From: Octopus vulgaris
Lineage: Eukaryota
Length of the DNA: 64,000 nt
Assembly (NCBI GenBank): GCA_951406725.2
Contig: OX597823.1
Coordinates: 68,820,001 to 68,884,000 of the forward strand
Reading direction: 5' to 3'
Part shown: one piece after another, positions 26,413-38,969 of the stretch
Layout: the number at the start of each line of letters is the position of its first letter
How positions within the stretch are numbered: the stretch's first letter is position 1
The notes under the pieces: generated by a model
The model's database searches: none
Seen by the model: the letters and a program-made list of their open reading frames with translations, nothing else
Told to the model about the DNA's origin: nothing
Translations under genes and position numbers: made by a program

Positions 26413-27515
26413 GGATCTTTTCCGTTTGATGGACGGAATTTTCTAGTTAACTAAACAATTTGAAACTTCGTATACTGGTAGAATGTGTCAAAAGAAAACA
26501 TTATTGTAAACAAAATTGAAAACAAAATTGTAATTTCTAAGTTAAACGTAGTTTAATTCTTCGAATTTTAACCAATGAAATCCCAGCATTTGAGCTCAAA
26601 TAATTTGCTGCGTCTAAAAACTCACACATACGCGTCTTATTCATTCTTCTGTCTTCTGTCTTCTGCATGTGCTAGAAATAACAGATATGTCTCTTAAATC
26701 GATGAATTTCGTCGCCCAATAAAAATATTAACGATATTTTTTGAATATTTTCTTTATTTTTTTTTTACCGAAAAGGCTTCTCCCATGGTTTTGAAGGGCC
26801 AGAAACAACAAAAACAAAACAACAATATGCCTAAATCGGTCTAGAGGGTGCGCATGGAGTGTGGGTCGTATTGTAAAACTTTGCGAAATATTTTTTCATA
26901 AAAGGATGCCCCAGCTTGTCGGAGGCTGTGACATAAATTGGGAAAAAAATTCTCGACACCAGTGCGTAATTGGTACTTAATTTATCGACCCCGAAACGAT
27001 GAAACATTGACCCCTCCTTCTGGTTTATTTACCTTTTGTGTAAATTTGTTGCAGCAAGGGGCAAAACACAGAGGGGACAAAGCTGCGTATGTGTGTGTAT
27101 GTATATCTCCGTTTGTATGTGTGTGTACGCTTATATATTAATTACTATGTGCTTGTGCAAATGTATATGCATGTGTTTGAGAGAGAGAGAGAGAGATATA
27201 GTGACAGAGTGTGTGTATATGTGTGTGCAAGTGTACGTGTGTATGTATCTGAATATATGTGTGTGTGTGTGTGTATGCGGCGTGCGTCTGCTATGTTTCT
27301 TTATCAATATCGATAACGCAGCAAATGATTTGAGCTCAAATGCTGGGATTTCATTGGTTAAAATTCGAAGAATTAAACTACGTTAAACTTACAAATTACA
27401 ATTTTGTTTTCAATTTTGTTTACAATAATGTTTTCTTTTGACACATTCTACCAGTATACGAAGTTTTAAATTGTTTAGTTAACTAGAAAATTCCGTCCAT
27501 CAAAGGGAAAAGATC
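26413..27515. mobile_element. Mutator-like (MULE) non-autonomous element, ~1.1 kb
   Basis: ~200-bp near-identical TIRs (26414-26613 vs 27316-27515) starting gatcttttcc, and a perfect 9-bp TSD GAATCGAAT (26404-26412 and 27516-27524). Interior has SINE A fragments and TG microsatellite. Confidence 0.88.
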
Positions 27516-27719
27516 GAATCGAATAGTTTCCTTAGGGACATAGAATTTATACTATTTAGTATTGGAGAATATCAGAAATGGAAGAATTTAATTCTAAGTT
27601 TGCAATGAAGTTTTTTTAGTAATCTATGTATGTTGAATTAAAAACCAGTATGGTATATTCGTTCTTATTTGGTTATAAAGAATTAAAATTTGAAAAATTT
27701 AGGAATATTCACAATATTA

Positions 27720-28256
27720 TTATTTAAAATATTTAAACGTACGGGTTGTGCGCTGTGTGCAAGATACTCCTAGCTCCAAATGGTTATTTAACCGATTTGT
27801 ATTACTCCGATGTTTTAAAATTTCATATGTTTCCATAGAACAAAGTTGACAACCATCCCTACTATTTTTATAAGGCCGTGCTTTTCTTACTATATCCCAT
27901 TTCAGGTTGAATTCTATATTATTCGTTTTTAGTTCCCAAATTTTACTAGACAATGTTGTGCAACCTGCTTTTTGTTTGAGCCTAAAGGAGGAAAAATGAT
28001 TGTTAAAACGTGTTTCTAAATCTACCGAACAACCGAAATAAAGATAGTTGTTATTTGAAGTTATTATTGTACATTTATAAATCACTTTTTGGACCGAACA
28101 ACGGCCAGATACCGGGCATTTCGATCTAATCCTACAATTACAACTGGGGGGATAATTTTCAGTACTAGTATTATTTAAGGACAGTTCATTTTCATTACTG
28201 TTATTTGAGTTGTTATTAGTATTAGTGTTATTTTCTCTAATAGGAGTTACATTGTT
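27720..28256 (-). pseudogene. Penelope-like element C-terminal GIY-YIG endonuclease (5'-truncated, frame still open)
   Basis: Asn-rich linker, then CNCRIRSKCPVSGRC, VIYKC...LYFG...ETRFNNH, LSSKIWELK, CQLCSMETYEI and LNNHLELGVSC. Confidence 0.85.
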
Positions 28257-28257
28257 A

Positions 28258-28341
28258 TGGCTGATGAGTTCTCAGCATTTTAAAACTGTTGTAATGCTTA
28301 CAACATTTAATAAAATGATGTAGTACGAAACGATCGTACCA
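28258..28341 (+). ncRNA. Minimal type I hammerhead ribozyme motif (inverted copy)
   Basis: tgg CTGATGA gttct cag catttta aaac tgttgtaa tgc ttacaaca tttaa taaaatg atgt agtac GAAAC gatc GTA cca. Confidence 0.8.
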
Positions 28342-28374
28342 AATTATCAAAGTTATTCTTGTTGCTTATTTTGA

Positions 28375-28421
<47 letters not shown>

Positions 28422-28444
28422 ATGACAACAGAATAACAAATTTT

Positions 28445-28525
28445 AGCTTACAACTGTTTCTGCTACAAGATGAACTGAACTCAGCGTTGAATGCTTATGT
28501 ATCAACCCTTAGCTTCATTAAAGCC
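28445..28525 (-). ncRNA. Degenerate hammerhead relic of a different family
   Basis: Minus strand reads ggct TTAATGA agcta...tagca GAAAC agtt GTA agct. The core has two substitutions relative to CTGATGA; stems I and II are still complementary. Confidence 0.45.
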
Positions 28526-29423
28526 TTCAAAAATGAAATGTATTACATCTTGTAGCCAAAATAGCTATCAGTAGATGAAGTTCATAACATAGCTTCTTAT
28601 TCCCTTATCATTTTGATTTCTTATTACTGCTCTGTACTTGATTAATGCTTTCATCTAAAGTATGTGTTTATTGAGTTCTAACACCAGGTTATTACTACAA
28701 CAAAGCAAAATAATAATATCGAATGTATGTATGCATGTACAGAATATATATATATATCAGACTGGAGCGTCGTCCAGCCTGTATGGAAAGCAGACATTAA
28801 ACAATGATATATATATATATATATATATATATGAATTACCTGCATAAAGAAGCTTTTGTTCACAGGGACTTCTCTGCTGATATGGTTTCTAAATTGGGGG
28901 CTGATGTTCAGCTTTATCAATGGTGCAAAAATGGGCAGCTGTATTATGGAGAGTCTTGAAGATGATACAACATCCAGATGTCCTTCAACTTCCACCATCG
29001 AAGAATACATTGATCGTGTTCACCACATGCTGACGGATTACAGGCTATTGACTATAAATCAAGTAGCCAATGCTATCAGCATATCCTGCGAGAAAGTTTA
29101 GAATATTCTGTGCAATGAACTTGGTAAGATGATGGTTTCTGCTCGGGGTGTGCCACATCTGGCATCTGATCAAACGTGCACAAAGCTGATCACATCGCAA
29201 AAAAATCTGACATAGTTTGAGGCAGATTCAGCTGGTTTCTTTGAACATTTCCTACACTGGGATGAATGTTGGGTTCATTTCTTTGATCAAAAGACAAAGA
29301 GACAATCCATGCAATGGAAACACCCCTCCTCACTTGCTCCATCCTTTGGAGTGTTTCATCTGGGTCATTTCATCTGCAGGGAAGCAATCAACTTCCCTGC
29401 TGATAAAAAAGGCATTGTAGGAT

Positions 29424-29629
29424 TGCTGTGGGGATAATAGTAATAATAGTATACCCTTCTCACATGACGAGTGGTATGTGCTAGTCGTTATAAATAAGGT
29501 GGTGTCAGTCAGTATAAAGAGAAGGTACGAAGTAAACAGTCATAGATAGTCACAGTCTTACTTGTCTTACTAATAATACTGTGATAGCAAAGTGGGCATT
29601 ATAACAATTCAACATTAAGGGTTACAACA
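29424..29629 (+). repeat. 5' LTR
   Basis: tgctgtg...gagtggtatgtgctagtc..tataaataagg...gttacaaca; diverged direct repeat of 33671-33857. Confidence 0.88.
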
Positions 29630-29630
29630 G

Positions 29631-29642
29631 TGGCGATGAGGA
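29631..29642 (+). other. Primer binding site, tRNA-Ser(GCU)-like
   Basis: TGGCGATGAGGA, 1 bp after the LTR. One C>T change from TGGCGACGAGGA, the complement of the animal tRNA-Ser(GCU) 3' end (recalled, not searched). Confidence 0.7.
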
Positions 29643-29719
29643 ATTAACATGAGGAATTAACAAATTTACAAAATTTATTTTGTGCAAATTTTACAGAACA
29701 AAAATCATAAAATTAGGGA

Positions 29720-32700
29720 AGCTTTGTTGGCCAGTTTGCTCAAGTTTCAAAAACAGCAAGAACAGCAACTGAAAGAACAACAGCAGCAGCTACAACTGCA
29801 AGAACAACAGCAGAAACAACAACAATAATAACTACTATTACAGCAACAAATGCTGCAATTCATGAATAGTAACTTGTCAGGAAATACTGGGAAAATGTTC
29901 TCACCAGATTATGTTGTGAACTCGATGACAGAGTTTAAGTATGAACCAGATGAAGAAGTTACCTTCAAGGCTTTCTATAGAAGATACGAATAAATTTTCA
30001 ATAAAGAGTGCAAAGATTGGGACGACGATATGAAAACGTGTCTAATCTTAGGAAAACTGGCAACAGGAGAACATGAGTGTTACAGCAATTATGTACTTCC
30101 AAAATTTCTTCTAACATAAAATTTAAAGATACAATAGACATATTGTGTAAAATTTTTAGTGAGAACAGCTCATTCTTCAATACATGTTTGAAATGTAAGA
30201 ACCTAGTAAAGAACAATGAGGACCACATCACATACACTACTAGAGTTAACAGGGAATGTGAAAAGTCCAAGCTGGACGAATTAACATCAGATATGTTAAA
30301 GTGCCTGATCTTTATTCACAGACTAACTGCAGAGAAAGATGCAGAAGTAAGAATAAGAGTTCTCACTAAGCTGGTACAAAACCAAGCTGTAATGTTATAA
30401 CAAGTGTCAGAAGAGTGTGAAAGAATAGTAAATTTAAGACACAACACAGAAAATTGAACATAAAGATTGCTCCCAAGTGAAACAAGTGTGAAATAGGCAG
30501 AATAGAAATCAAGTGTGTACTAAAATACATTACAAACAGGACAGAAATCAGGAAAAACATCCATGGTTTGCATGTCAAGGTCTACCTTTGAGGAAAAAGT
30601 GTCCATTTATGAAAGTGGAATGCTTCCAATGTGGAAAAATTGGACATATAAAAGCTCACTATAAAACCAAGATGACAAAATGTTGGAACAAAGGAAAAGG
30701 AATTAACAGTACGTCATCAAAAGAAAATGGTAATATAACAAAGAGAAAATTCGTACATGCGAAAATTCAAAATATAAGAGTCAAAATGCAGTTAGACACT
30801 GGAAGTGATACTACCATTGGGAACGAAAATACTTGGAAGTATATTGGTAATCCAAAATTAAATAAATCTACAAAAGTAGCACATGATGTTACGGATAAAA
30901 GATTGTATTTTGTCAGTAATTATGTGTGTAATGTAACAGTTCGCAACCAAAAGAAAATAACAAAAATGTATGTACTAAAAACTTCAACTAATCTATTCAG
31001 CACAGAGTGGATGGAACTATTCAAATTGTGGAATATACCCATAAGTGTTTTATGTAAGAAATATAGTTGGTTCAGTTAAAGGTGCGAATGTGGCTGAGGG
31101 ATGTTTTCTCAGAAAAACTGGGCTGTTGCATGAGAACAAAGACAAAAAAATGTAGTAAAACAAAGTGCAACATCTGTATTTAACCCCAAAAAGAATGTAC
31201 CATTCACGGCAATAGACCAGGTAAGCAAGGAACTTGAAAGACTTGAAAGTCTAGGAATAATCAAGAAGACGAACCACTCAGACTGGGCAGCACCTATGGT
31301 CTACGTAAAAAAGAAAAATAACAAGTTAAGAGTTTGTGCAGATTATTCAACAGGTTTGAATGATTGCATAATCTCACATAACTACTCATTGCTGAGTCCT
31401 GAGGAAGTGTTTGCAAAATTGAATGGAGGGAAATTCTAATAAAAAGTGAATCACATGAGCCACATGTAGAACATTTTGAAAGGGTATTTGAGAAGATTAG
31501 AGAATAGTTTCAAGTTAACGGAAGGAAAAGGAGAGTTCCTAATGATAAAAAATAAATACTTGGGCCAGATAAAAGATAAAAACGGATGGAAACCAGATCC
31601 ATCCAGAGTAACTGTGGTAAAAAAATTATGCCCACACTGAACAATGTGACTATGCTACAAGCCTTCTTGAGATTAGTAAATTATCATCAAATTTACATTC
31701 CCAACATACATAATGTAAGGGCCCCACTCAATGATCTGTTAAAGAAAAATACAAAATGGTGTTGAACTGATAAGTTCCAGAAGGCATTTGATGAGTTAAA
31801 AAGCATTTTAACATCAAACTTATCATTAACATACTTTGATCCAAAGTTGTATATTATATTGGCTACAGATGTGAGTGATTACAGTGTAGGAGCCGTGCCT
31901 CTGCACAAATATGATGATGGGAGTAAAAAGGCTATAGCCATGCACCACGATCATTATTACCAGCTGAAAGGAACTGTAGTTAGATAGAAGCATTAGCAAT
32001 CATACTCAGTGGGAAAAAATTCCATAGATTTATTCATGGAAGAAGTTTCTGTCTTCAAATGGATCATCACCCACTACTGTCAATATACAGTTTTAAAAAA
32101 GGAATATCAACACCCACAGCAAATAGACTACTGTGATGGGGCACTACATTATTGAATTATGACTACAAAATAGAATATTTACCATAAAAAAAAAATAGGC
32201 CATGCAGATGGGTTGTCCAAACTGATACCAAAATACTGCGAGCCATTCAAAGATATGATAGTCACAGCTTTAATAGCAGAAGGAGCAATAGAAAATGTCA
32301 TGTGGAATGTGGTACTCAAATTACTGGTAACCCAAGAAGACATAAAGCGAAATGTGGTAAAGGACAAATTCACAACAGAAATGAAAAGAACACTGTTGTC
32401 AGGTAAAGTAAATAGGAACAGGATTGGAGCAAAATGAAACCAAGAGGTGTACCTATACTCAATTTGTAATGGCATGCTGATGTATGCACAGAATGGTGAT
32501 ACTTGAAATGCTGCAAAAGAAAATGTTCAGTGGATTTCATGTTTGACATCCTGGTATTTCTAGGAAGAAAGCTTTAATGCATAGCTATGTGTACTGACAA
32601 AAAATGGATTATTGAGAAATCGAAAATTTATTCAAAGGTTGTAGGGGATGTGCTCTAGCAGCCAAATCACCAACAACAAAAAGCGAACCTTGGCCAAAAG

Positions 32701-33540
32701 TAGATGTTCTGTGGTCAAGACTACGCATTGATTTCGCTGGTACTTTAAACGTTTCATAGTACTTAATGGTAGTTGATAGGTTCTCTAAATGGCCAGAAAT
32801 TTCTAAGTGTAATAATCCAGCCTCCTCCACTGTGGCAAATTATCTACATGAGCTGTTTCTGAAATTTAGCACCCCAGATACGATAGTGTATGACAATGAA
32901 ACACATTTTGTGTCTTTTGAATTTAAAATGTTCTGTAAAACATTCACTGTAGAACATGTAATTATGATGCATACCATCTCATATCTAGCAGACAAGCAGA
33001 ATGCTTTGTTGATACATTCAAGGGATCCCTAAGAAAGTCGAATAAGGAAGTTAAGGATGAGGTGCCTCTACAACAATTCTTAAGAGTATACCCTGTGACA
33101 TCAAATCCAAATACACCAGCAGGTATTTCCCCAGCAGATCTGATGTTTGTGAGGAAAATAAAATCAGTCTTTGACAAATTGCTACTGGGTAAGAAAAGAA
33201 AAATTGCGAGGGAAAATACAGCAAGATTTTTCAAAATTGGTGGAAAGGTATTTATGAGGGGATATTAGAACAGAAAACAGAGTTGGGAAGATGGTGTGAT
33301 TACCAATCGCATAGGAAAAATGCTATACTTGATAAAAAGTAGAAAAGGCATATACAAGAGACACATGAACCAACTGAAAAAAGATTTGTTGAGAGTGAAC
33401 CCAAGATAATGGAAGAACCAATGGAATGGTTATATGATACTTTTCAAGTACCAATGCCACTACAGGTGATTGAAACCAGGCACACAAATGTAAAAAAAGA
33501 AAATGTATGGAGTTCCTGGAAGTGGATGCCAAATGGAAAA
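29720..33540 (+). pseudogene. gag-pol pseudogene
   Basis: Gln-rich start, FKYEPDEEVTFKAFYRRYE, knuckle CFQCGKIGH, protease LDTGSD, RT WAAPMVYVKKK..LRVCADYS, RNase H ATDVSDYSVGA, and integrase WSRLRIDFAG / VVDRFSKWPE / PDTIVYDNETHF. Confidence 0.9.
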
Positions 33541-33670
33541 AAATTAAATGTGTTACTAAAAAGAAAAAAACCCCCTAAAAAATGGGAGGTAAGATGATAT
33601 AAAAACTATTGTTATTAAAATAAATAAAATGACACCCCCTAAGTAGAAAAGAAAAACTTAAAAGGAGAGA

Positions 33671-33857
33671 TGTTGTGATGGGACACCCCCTCCCCCGTGA
33701 TGAGTGGTATGTGCTAGTCACTATAAATAAGGTGACTCAGTCAGTATAAAGAGAGTATATGAAGTAGATGGTTATAAATAGTCATGGTCTTGTCTTACTA
33801 ACTATACTGCTATGCCAGAGTGGGTGTTGTAACAATCTGACGCTAAGGATTACAACA
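33671..33857 (+). repeat. 3' LTR
   Basis: Follows the PPT; tgttgtg...gattacaaca. Confidence 0.88.
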
Positions 33858-36084
33858 GGGATGCAAAAAGCATTTTGTACTTATTGACTATTTTCAAAAG
33901 AGCCACATCCTCAATGAAGAGTACTATGTCACCTTGCTGAAGCCGTTACAAAAGTTTATCAAGATTAAACACCCAGGAAAAATGATGGAAGGTATCTTGT
34001 TTCATCAGGACAAAGCTCCAACACATAAGCCCTTGCTTTCAGTGGCTACTGTGTATGGTCGTGTCTTTGAACTGGTTGATCAGCCTCCATGTTCTACTGA
34101 TTTGGTCCCATCTGACCATCAACTGCCTCTCAACACACACACACAAAAACACTTGCCTGGGAACCAGTATAGCAATGCTGATAATGTCATATTTGCAGTT
34201 GATGGCACTTTTGACCAACAGAATGAAAGCTTCATTAGCAATGGGATCTAAGCACTGCAATACTGGTGAAAGATGTGTGTAGACAAAATAAACCTCACTT
34301 GGTTACATTTCATGAGGGTATCTTGGTCAGCCTATGAACTTTTCTTCCAACCCTCAGTAAAAAAAAAAGTTATCATAAGCGGGAAATAGATGTAAATTTT
34401 AGGTCAACTCTACTAAACACTATGTTTAACATATTGTCAAATGTTTTTCAAAAGCAGCTCATAGTTTCAGTTGCTACAAATAGGGCCCCAATGTAAAATG
34501 GTGTATTTTTGGAAGAATCATATAACTACTAGCTTTTGAGAAAAAGCATAAAGTGGGCTCTGTCGAAAGTTGGAGAAAAAAGGATAAAGTTCCTTCCCAA
34601 GTCATATAGACTTATAGGGCTGGTTTCCTGGTTTCTGTGGTGTATATATTTTCCCCATTAGATGGGATGCCAGTTCTTCATAGAATTACACATTTTTGCC
34701 AGCTGAGTGGACTGGAGTAACATGAAATGAAGTGTTTTGCTCAAGAACACAATGCATCACCTGGTCAAGGAATCGAAACCACGATCTTATGATTATGAGC
34801 CCAACACCTTAACCACTAAGCCACGTGCCTCTACTATCAAAAGCTAACTTTCAAAAAGAAAAGATTTCAATGAACTTTGTCTAGTCAAAAGCCATTGGTA
34901 TGTTGGATCATTTATCTCTCACTGTAGTCCTTGAAGCATTTGGAATAAAATCAACTTTTGGATTATGAAGCCACATGTTCAGAAGTTTTGGAGAATGGGT
35001 TTTTGCATACATTAAAAATTGATATATTGATTGTTATTGATATTAGATCTACTATTATTATTTAAAATGAAAGATTTCAGGAAAATTCTTTTTGGGTTTG
35101 AGTTATAGAATTGTTGTAACTGTATATGTATTTGATGTCACTATCTTGGCAATATTCTCATAAGACATCGATGTTGTAATTGTAATATTGAAATAATATG
35201 AGAAGACAACAACAAAAGGGGGAAAAAATCAATCATGAAATACAACAGCAGAAGAAAAAATATCAACCAAGAAAAATCTGTAAAGTTATTTCTGGACAAT
35301 TGCTGAAGAAACTTCATTCATCATTTTACTCGGCAGTTTAGTTTAGGTCTGACTTTCAAATGAATAAAAAACTGAATTAAAGTGCTTAGAGTAAGGGATC
35401 TTATTTATCATTGGGTCAAGATAATGCTTTGGGAGATATGTTAGATTTACAAAAAGATCTTTTGGTTTGAACTTAAAGGCCAAGATTCTAAACAACTTTG
35501 ATGTATCTCTACTTTGGTAATGTTTGCACTCAGCTTTTCCTCTCCATGACATATTCTCAGGGCACATCATACTACGTAGCATCAAAAATATAGTAAAGTG
35601 CCAGAAATAGCGATTAATTCTTTTGTGTATTGCTTTTGGTTGCTGATCTTCATGAAGAGATACTGTCACTGATCTTATATGAAGGATGGAACATACTAGT
35701 TTCTCAGTGAATGCAGTTCAGATCCTGATAATCTCTCAAGTAGGTTTTAGAGAAAATAGATTAGTATTGCTCTCTCTAAATCAGCATAGCTATGTATTCT
35801 ACACGGGCAGCAATGTTTGAAAGGGTTGGTGGGAAGAGAAACTTGTTGTCAGGAAGGTCAGAATCCTGAGTATAACAAAAATAATAAAAAAAGTCAGTAA
35901 AACTGTCACTTGGTTTTGAATGAATATGGTTTCCTGATAGTGGTTTTGTCCTATGAATTTGAACCATCAATATTTTGGATTGAGTATTCCTCACTACTAT
36001 TGCACTGGAAATCAAAAATTAAACAAAAGATGATCTAACTGTTCTTTCTTGGAGAGCTTCTTCACTTACTTTTGTAAATTTCTT

Positions 36085-36305
36085 ATTTCTTTACTGCCCA
36101 CAAGGAGCTACACACACAGGGGACAACCAAGGACAAACGGATCAAGTCGATTATATCAACCCCAGTGCATAACGGGTACTTAATTTATCGACCCCGAATG
36201 GATGAAAGGCAAAGTCGGCCTCAGCGGAATTTGAACTCAGAACATAACAGCAGACAAAATACCGCTTGAATTTCCCCCGGTGTGCTAATGTTTCTGCCAG
36301 CTCGC
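36085..36305 (-). repeat. SINE family A copy
   Basis: cccacaaggagcta...atcgaccccgaatggatgaaaggcaaagtc...gaatttgaactcagaac. Confidence 0.8.
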
Positions 36306-38033
36306 GATTTTATTGTAAATTTTGTAAATTTTGTAAATTTCTGTGTAGCTTATAAAGTTTTACATATTCCTACTTGACTCATTTTTCAATACTATGAGCT
36401 CCACCATTCAGCAACATACAACACTTATAACTCATGAAATCCTCTCATATTTTAAAATAAGATTTTGGAAATTAACTAAGAATAGACATGACTTTACTGC
36501 ACCCAAAAAGATTCTGCTAAAGATGGTTGAATGTATATAGATATGTGGATTTATTTGGAAATATAGTTCAATGGGGGCTACATGAAACAAAATTTATCTC
36601 CTGATAACTGTATTCAATGAAATCTTTTTTTCTGAGAATTCTATTTGGATTATAAGGAAGCAAAAGAAATTTACTATCTTATTGTTTATTTGGTTATTTA
36701 ACCATAGAAAGTTGATGATCCACTCAAAGTTTCTTTGATCAATGTGATACTTCAAGTGATAATAGGAATGAATGAATGCATATCCATGTACTGTATATGA
36801 TAACATGAAAGACACACATTAATATTAGATGCACTCCAATTTCAGCAGTGCATATGCAGGAGAAATGATTTTTACTACATTAAAGCATGTAATATTGGCC
36901 CAACTTCACACACAAGACACAGGATGATTTTTTTGAGGCATACATTTTGGGAAAAGAGATGTACTAGATACCATCAAATTCAGTGTGTGTGTATGCGCAC
37001 ACGTGTGTGTGCGTGTGTGCGAGTGCATGTGTGTTTGTGTGAGTGTGAGATTCTGTATGTATATATACATATATATATATACAAATAAATACAAATACAC
37101 AACAATGCTATATACATATAAATATACACCTACCCACATATATACACAATATTAATATGTTTGCATGTATATATGTAGGTGTGTATGTGTGTGTGTGTAT
37201 GTGTGTGTATGGGTGTAATCTCTTTGACTGCCTATACATCTACTTATAAGTCTGTATGTCTATTCATGACTTATGCTGTAGGCCGATCTATGAAAACTAT
37301 TCAACTAATTATTTACTATAAGCCTAAGGTTTAACTAAAAGCTTAACCAGTTTAATAGTGCAGACAAGATTTCATTCCTTACCTAGAGTTTTCTAGCTAA
37401 GCACTTCTATACTTTTATGATTACACAGCAATCTACCAATATTGGATGTTCACTAGCCCATAGTAGGATTACAAGCTTGCATCAATATCAGAATGAAGAT
37501 TCTTTATTTTCAGGAAACTTTTAATTAGTAATTTCCAAAGAAAATGGAATTGAAACAGAATAGTACAGATGCTATGAAGCTAGAAATGTCTTATTCCATT
37601 ATCGTTCTAAGCTCCAATTTCTTTATTCTATGAGAAAAGAAGAATGGTATCTTTTGTATTTAGACATTGTCTGGATACTTATGTAATATAAATATAGAAT
37701 TTCAGAAAAAGTTTATGTTATATTACAGACAATGCACAGAATATAGCAATACATGCTTTGAAAGTATTGGGATACAAGTAGTGAAAGATTACTAATGGAT
37801 AAAATACTGCTATGTAATGGACGATATCTTAGATGTTACCTTTGACTTGATTTATATATGGAAAATGTTTTATGCAATGTTAACGAAATCTATCACCATC
37901 TTCCTCCTCCTCCCCATCATCGTCGTCATCGTCGTCGTCATCATCATCCTCATTATCATGAGAGAGAGAAAGAGAGCAGTGAAAGGGACAGAATAGTTTT
38001 TATCCAAATCCTGACTACCTCCTTTTTCTTAAT

Positions 38034-38104
<71 letters not shown>

Positions 38105-38704
38105 AATACATACATAAATGCATGCATACATACATACATACATACATACATACATACATACATACAACATCATCATCATCACCATCATTGTTGTCATCAT
38201 CGTTATCATCATTGTCATCGTCGTCATCATCATTGTCGTCATCGTCATCGTCGTCGTCCTCCTCCTCTTCCACCTCCTCCCCCACTTCTACCAGCAATAC
38301 CATCAATCACACATTTATTTGCAGCACAAGCCAATGAAGGTACTTCACTTTTTTTTTCTTGCAGTAGCTTATTCAGAAGAGGAAGGGTAGGATCCATGAT
38401 CCTTTGCAGAACTTCTGAGTTTGCTGAAAAGAACGAAACCTGGCCTGAGTGCTTGCAACACAATGGACTTTGCTAAAAGTGTTTTCATGTTAAAACAATA
38501 AATTAAGCTGACCATTCAAAAACAAGAACGATCTTTCTCTAATGGGCTTCCAGATAGATGTTAACTTTCAACAGGTATCCCTCATGATGGTTAAGCACTT
38601 GCCCAAGATTCCATGCAGTAGAACTGAATCCTAGACTGTGTGTTTTTGAAGTAAACTTCTTACCTTCAGAGCCATACCTGTTAGAAAAGCCAGACAAATT
38701 TCTT

Positions 38705-38922
38705 ACTTCTTTATTGCCCACAAGGAGCTAAACATAGAGGGGACAAACAAGGACAGACAAAGGGATTAAGTCGATTATATCGACCCCAATGCATACCTGG
38801 TACTTCATTTATCGACCCCAAAAGGATGAAAGGCAAAGTCGACCTCGGCGGAATTTGAACTCTGAATGTAACGGCAGACGAAATACTGCTAAGCATTTCG
38901 CCCGGTGTACTAACGTTTCTGT
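38705..38922 (-). repeat. SINE family A copy
   Basis: Same motifs as 36085-36305, well preserved. Confidence 0.82.
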
Positions 38923-38969
38923 CAAATAATCAAATAAGCCCCCACTGTGTTAAATATAGATGGACATAG

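Larger units (their letters stand above)
25371..28374 (-). mobile_element. 5'-truncated Penelope-like element with inverted pseudo-LTR, interrupted by a MULE-like MITE
   Basis: GIY-YIG ORF remnant, 118-bp inverted repeat (25460-25577 vs 28257-28374, 4 mismatches) containing hammerheads, and (TA)n on both flanks. Confidence 0.85.
29424..33857 (+). mobile_element. Ty3/Gypsy (Mag-like) LTR retrotransposon with both LTRs, decayed
   Basis: TG...CA LTRs, 5-bp TSD aggat/gggat, PBS, PPT aaaggagaga (33661-33670) and domain order gag-PR-RT-RNaseH-IN. Confidence 0.92.
28850..34357 (+). mobile_element. Decayed mariner (DD34D) split by the Gypsy insertion (parts ~28850-29423 and 33858-34357)
   Basis: 5' part: LEDDTTSRCPSTST, DYRLLTINQVA, VSARGVPH, WDECWVH, QSMQWKH, SAGK. 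3' part: LFHQDKAPTH...PPCSTDLVPSD (D34D). Right TIR cctatgaacttttcttccaaccctcag|TA; left TIR not found. Confidence 0.85.

Noticed and set aside
35343-36015. Two minus-strand ORFs and a faint plus-strand resemblance to a hAT C-terminus
   Set aside because: No diagnostic motif, TIR or TSD could be established.
37858-38390. His/Ser/Asp-rich ORFs on both strands
   Set aside because: Built from (CAT)n, (CGT)n, (CA)n and (TACA)n repeats, with no domain or convincing splice context.
38364-38475. Strong plus-strand acceptor (ttttttttcttgcag) followed by a short open frame
   Set aside because: Single isolated signal next to microsatellites, with no recognisable peptide or partner exon.
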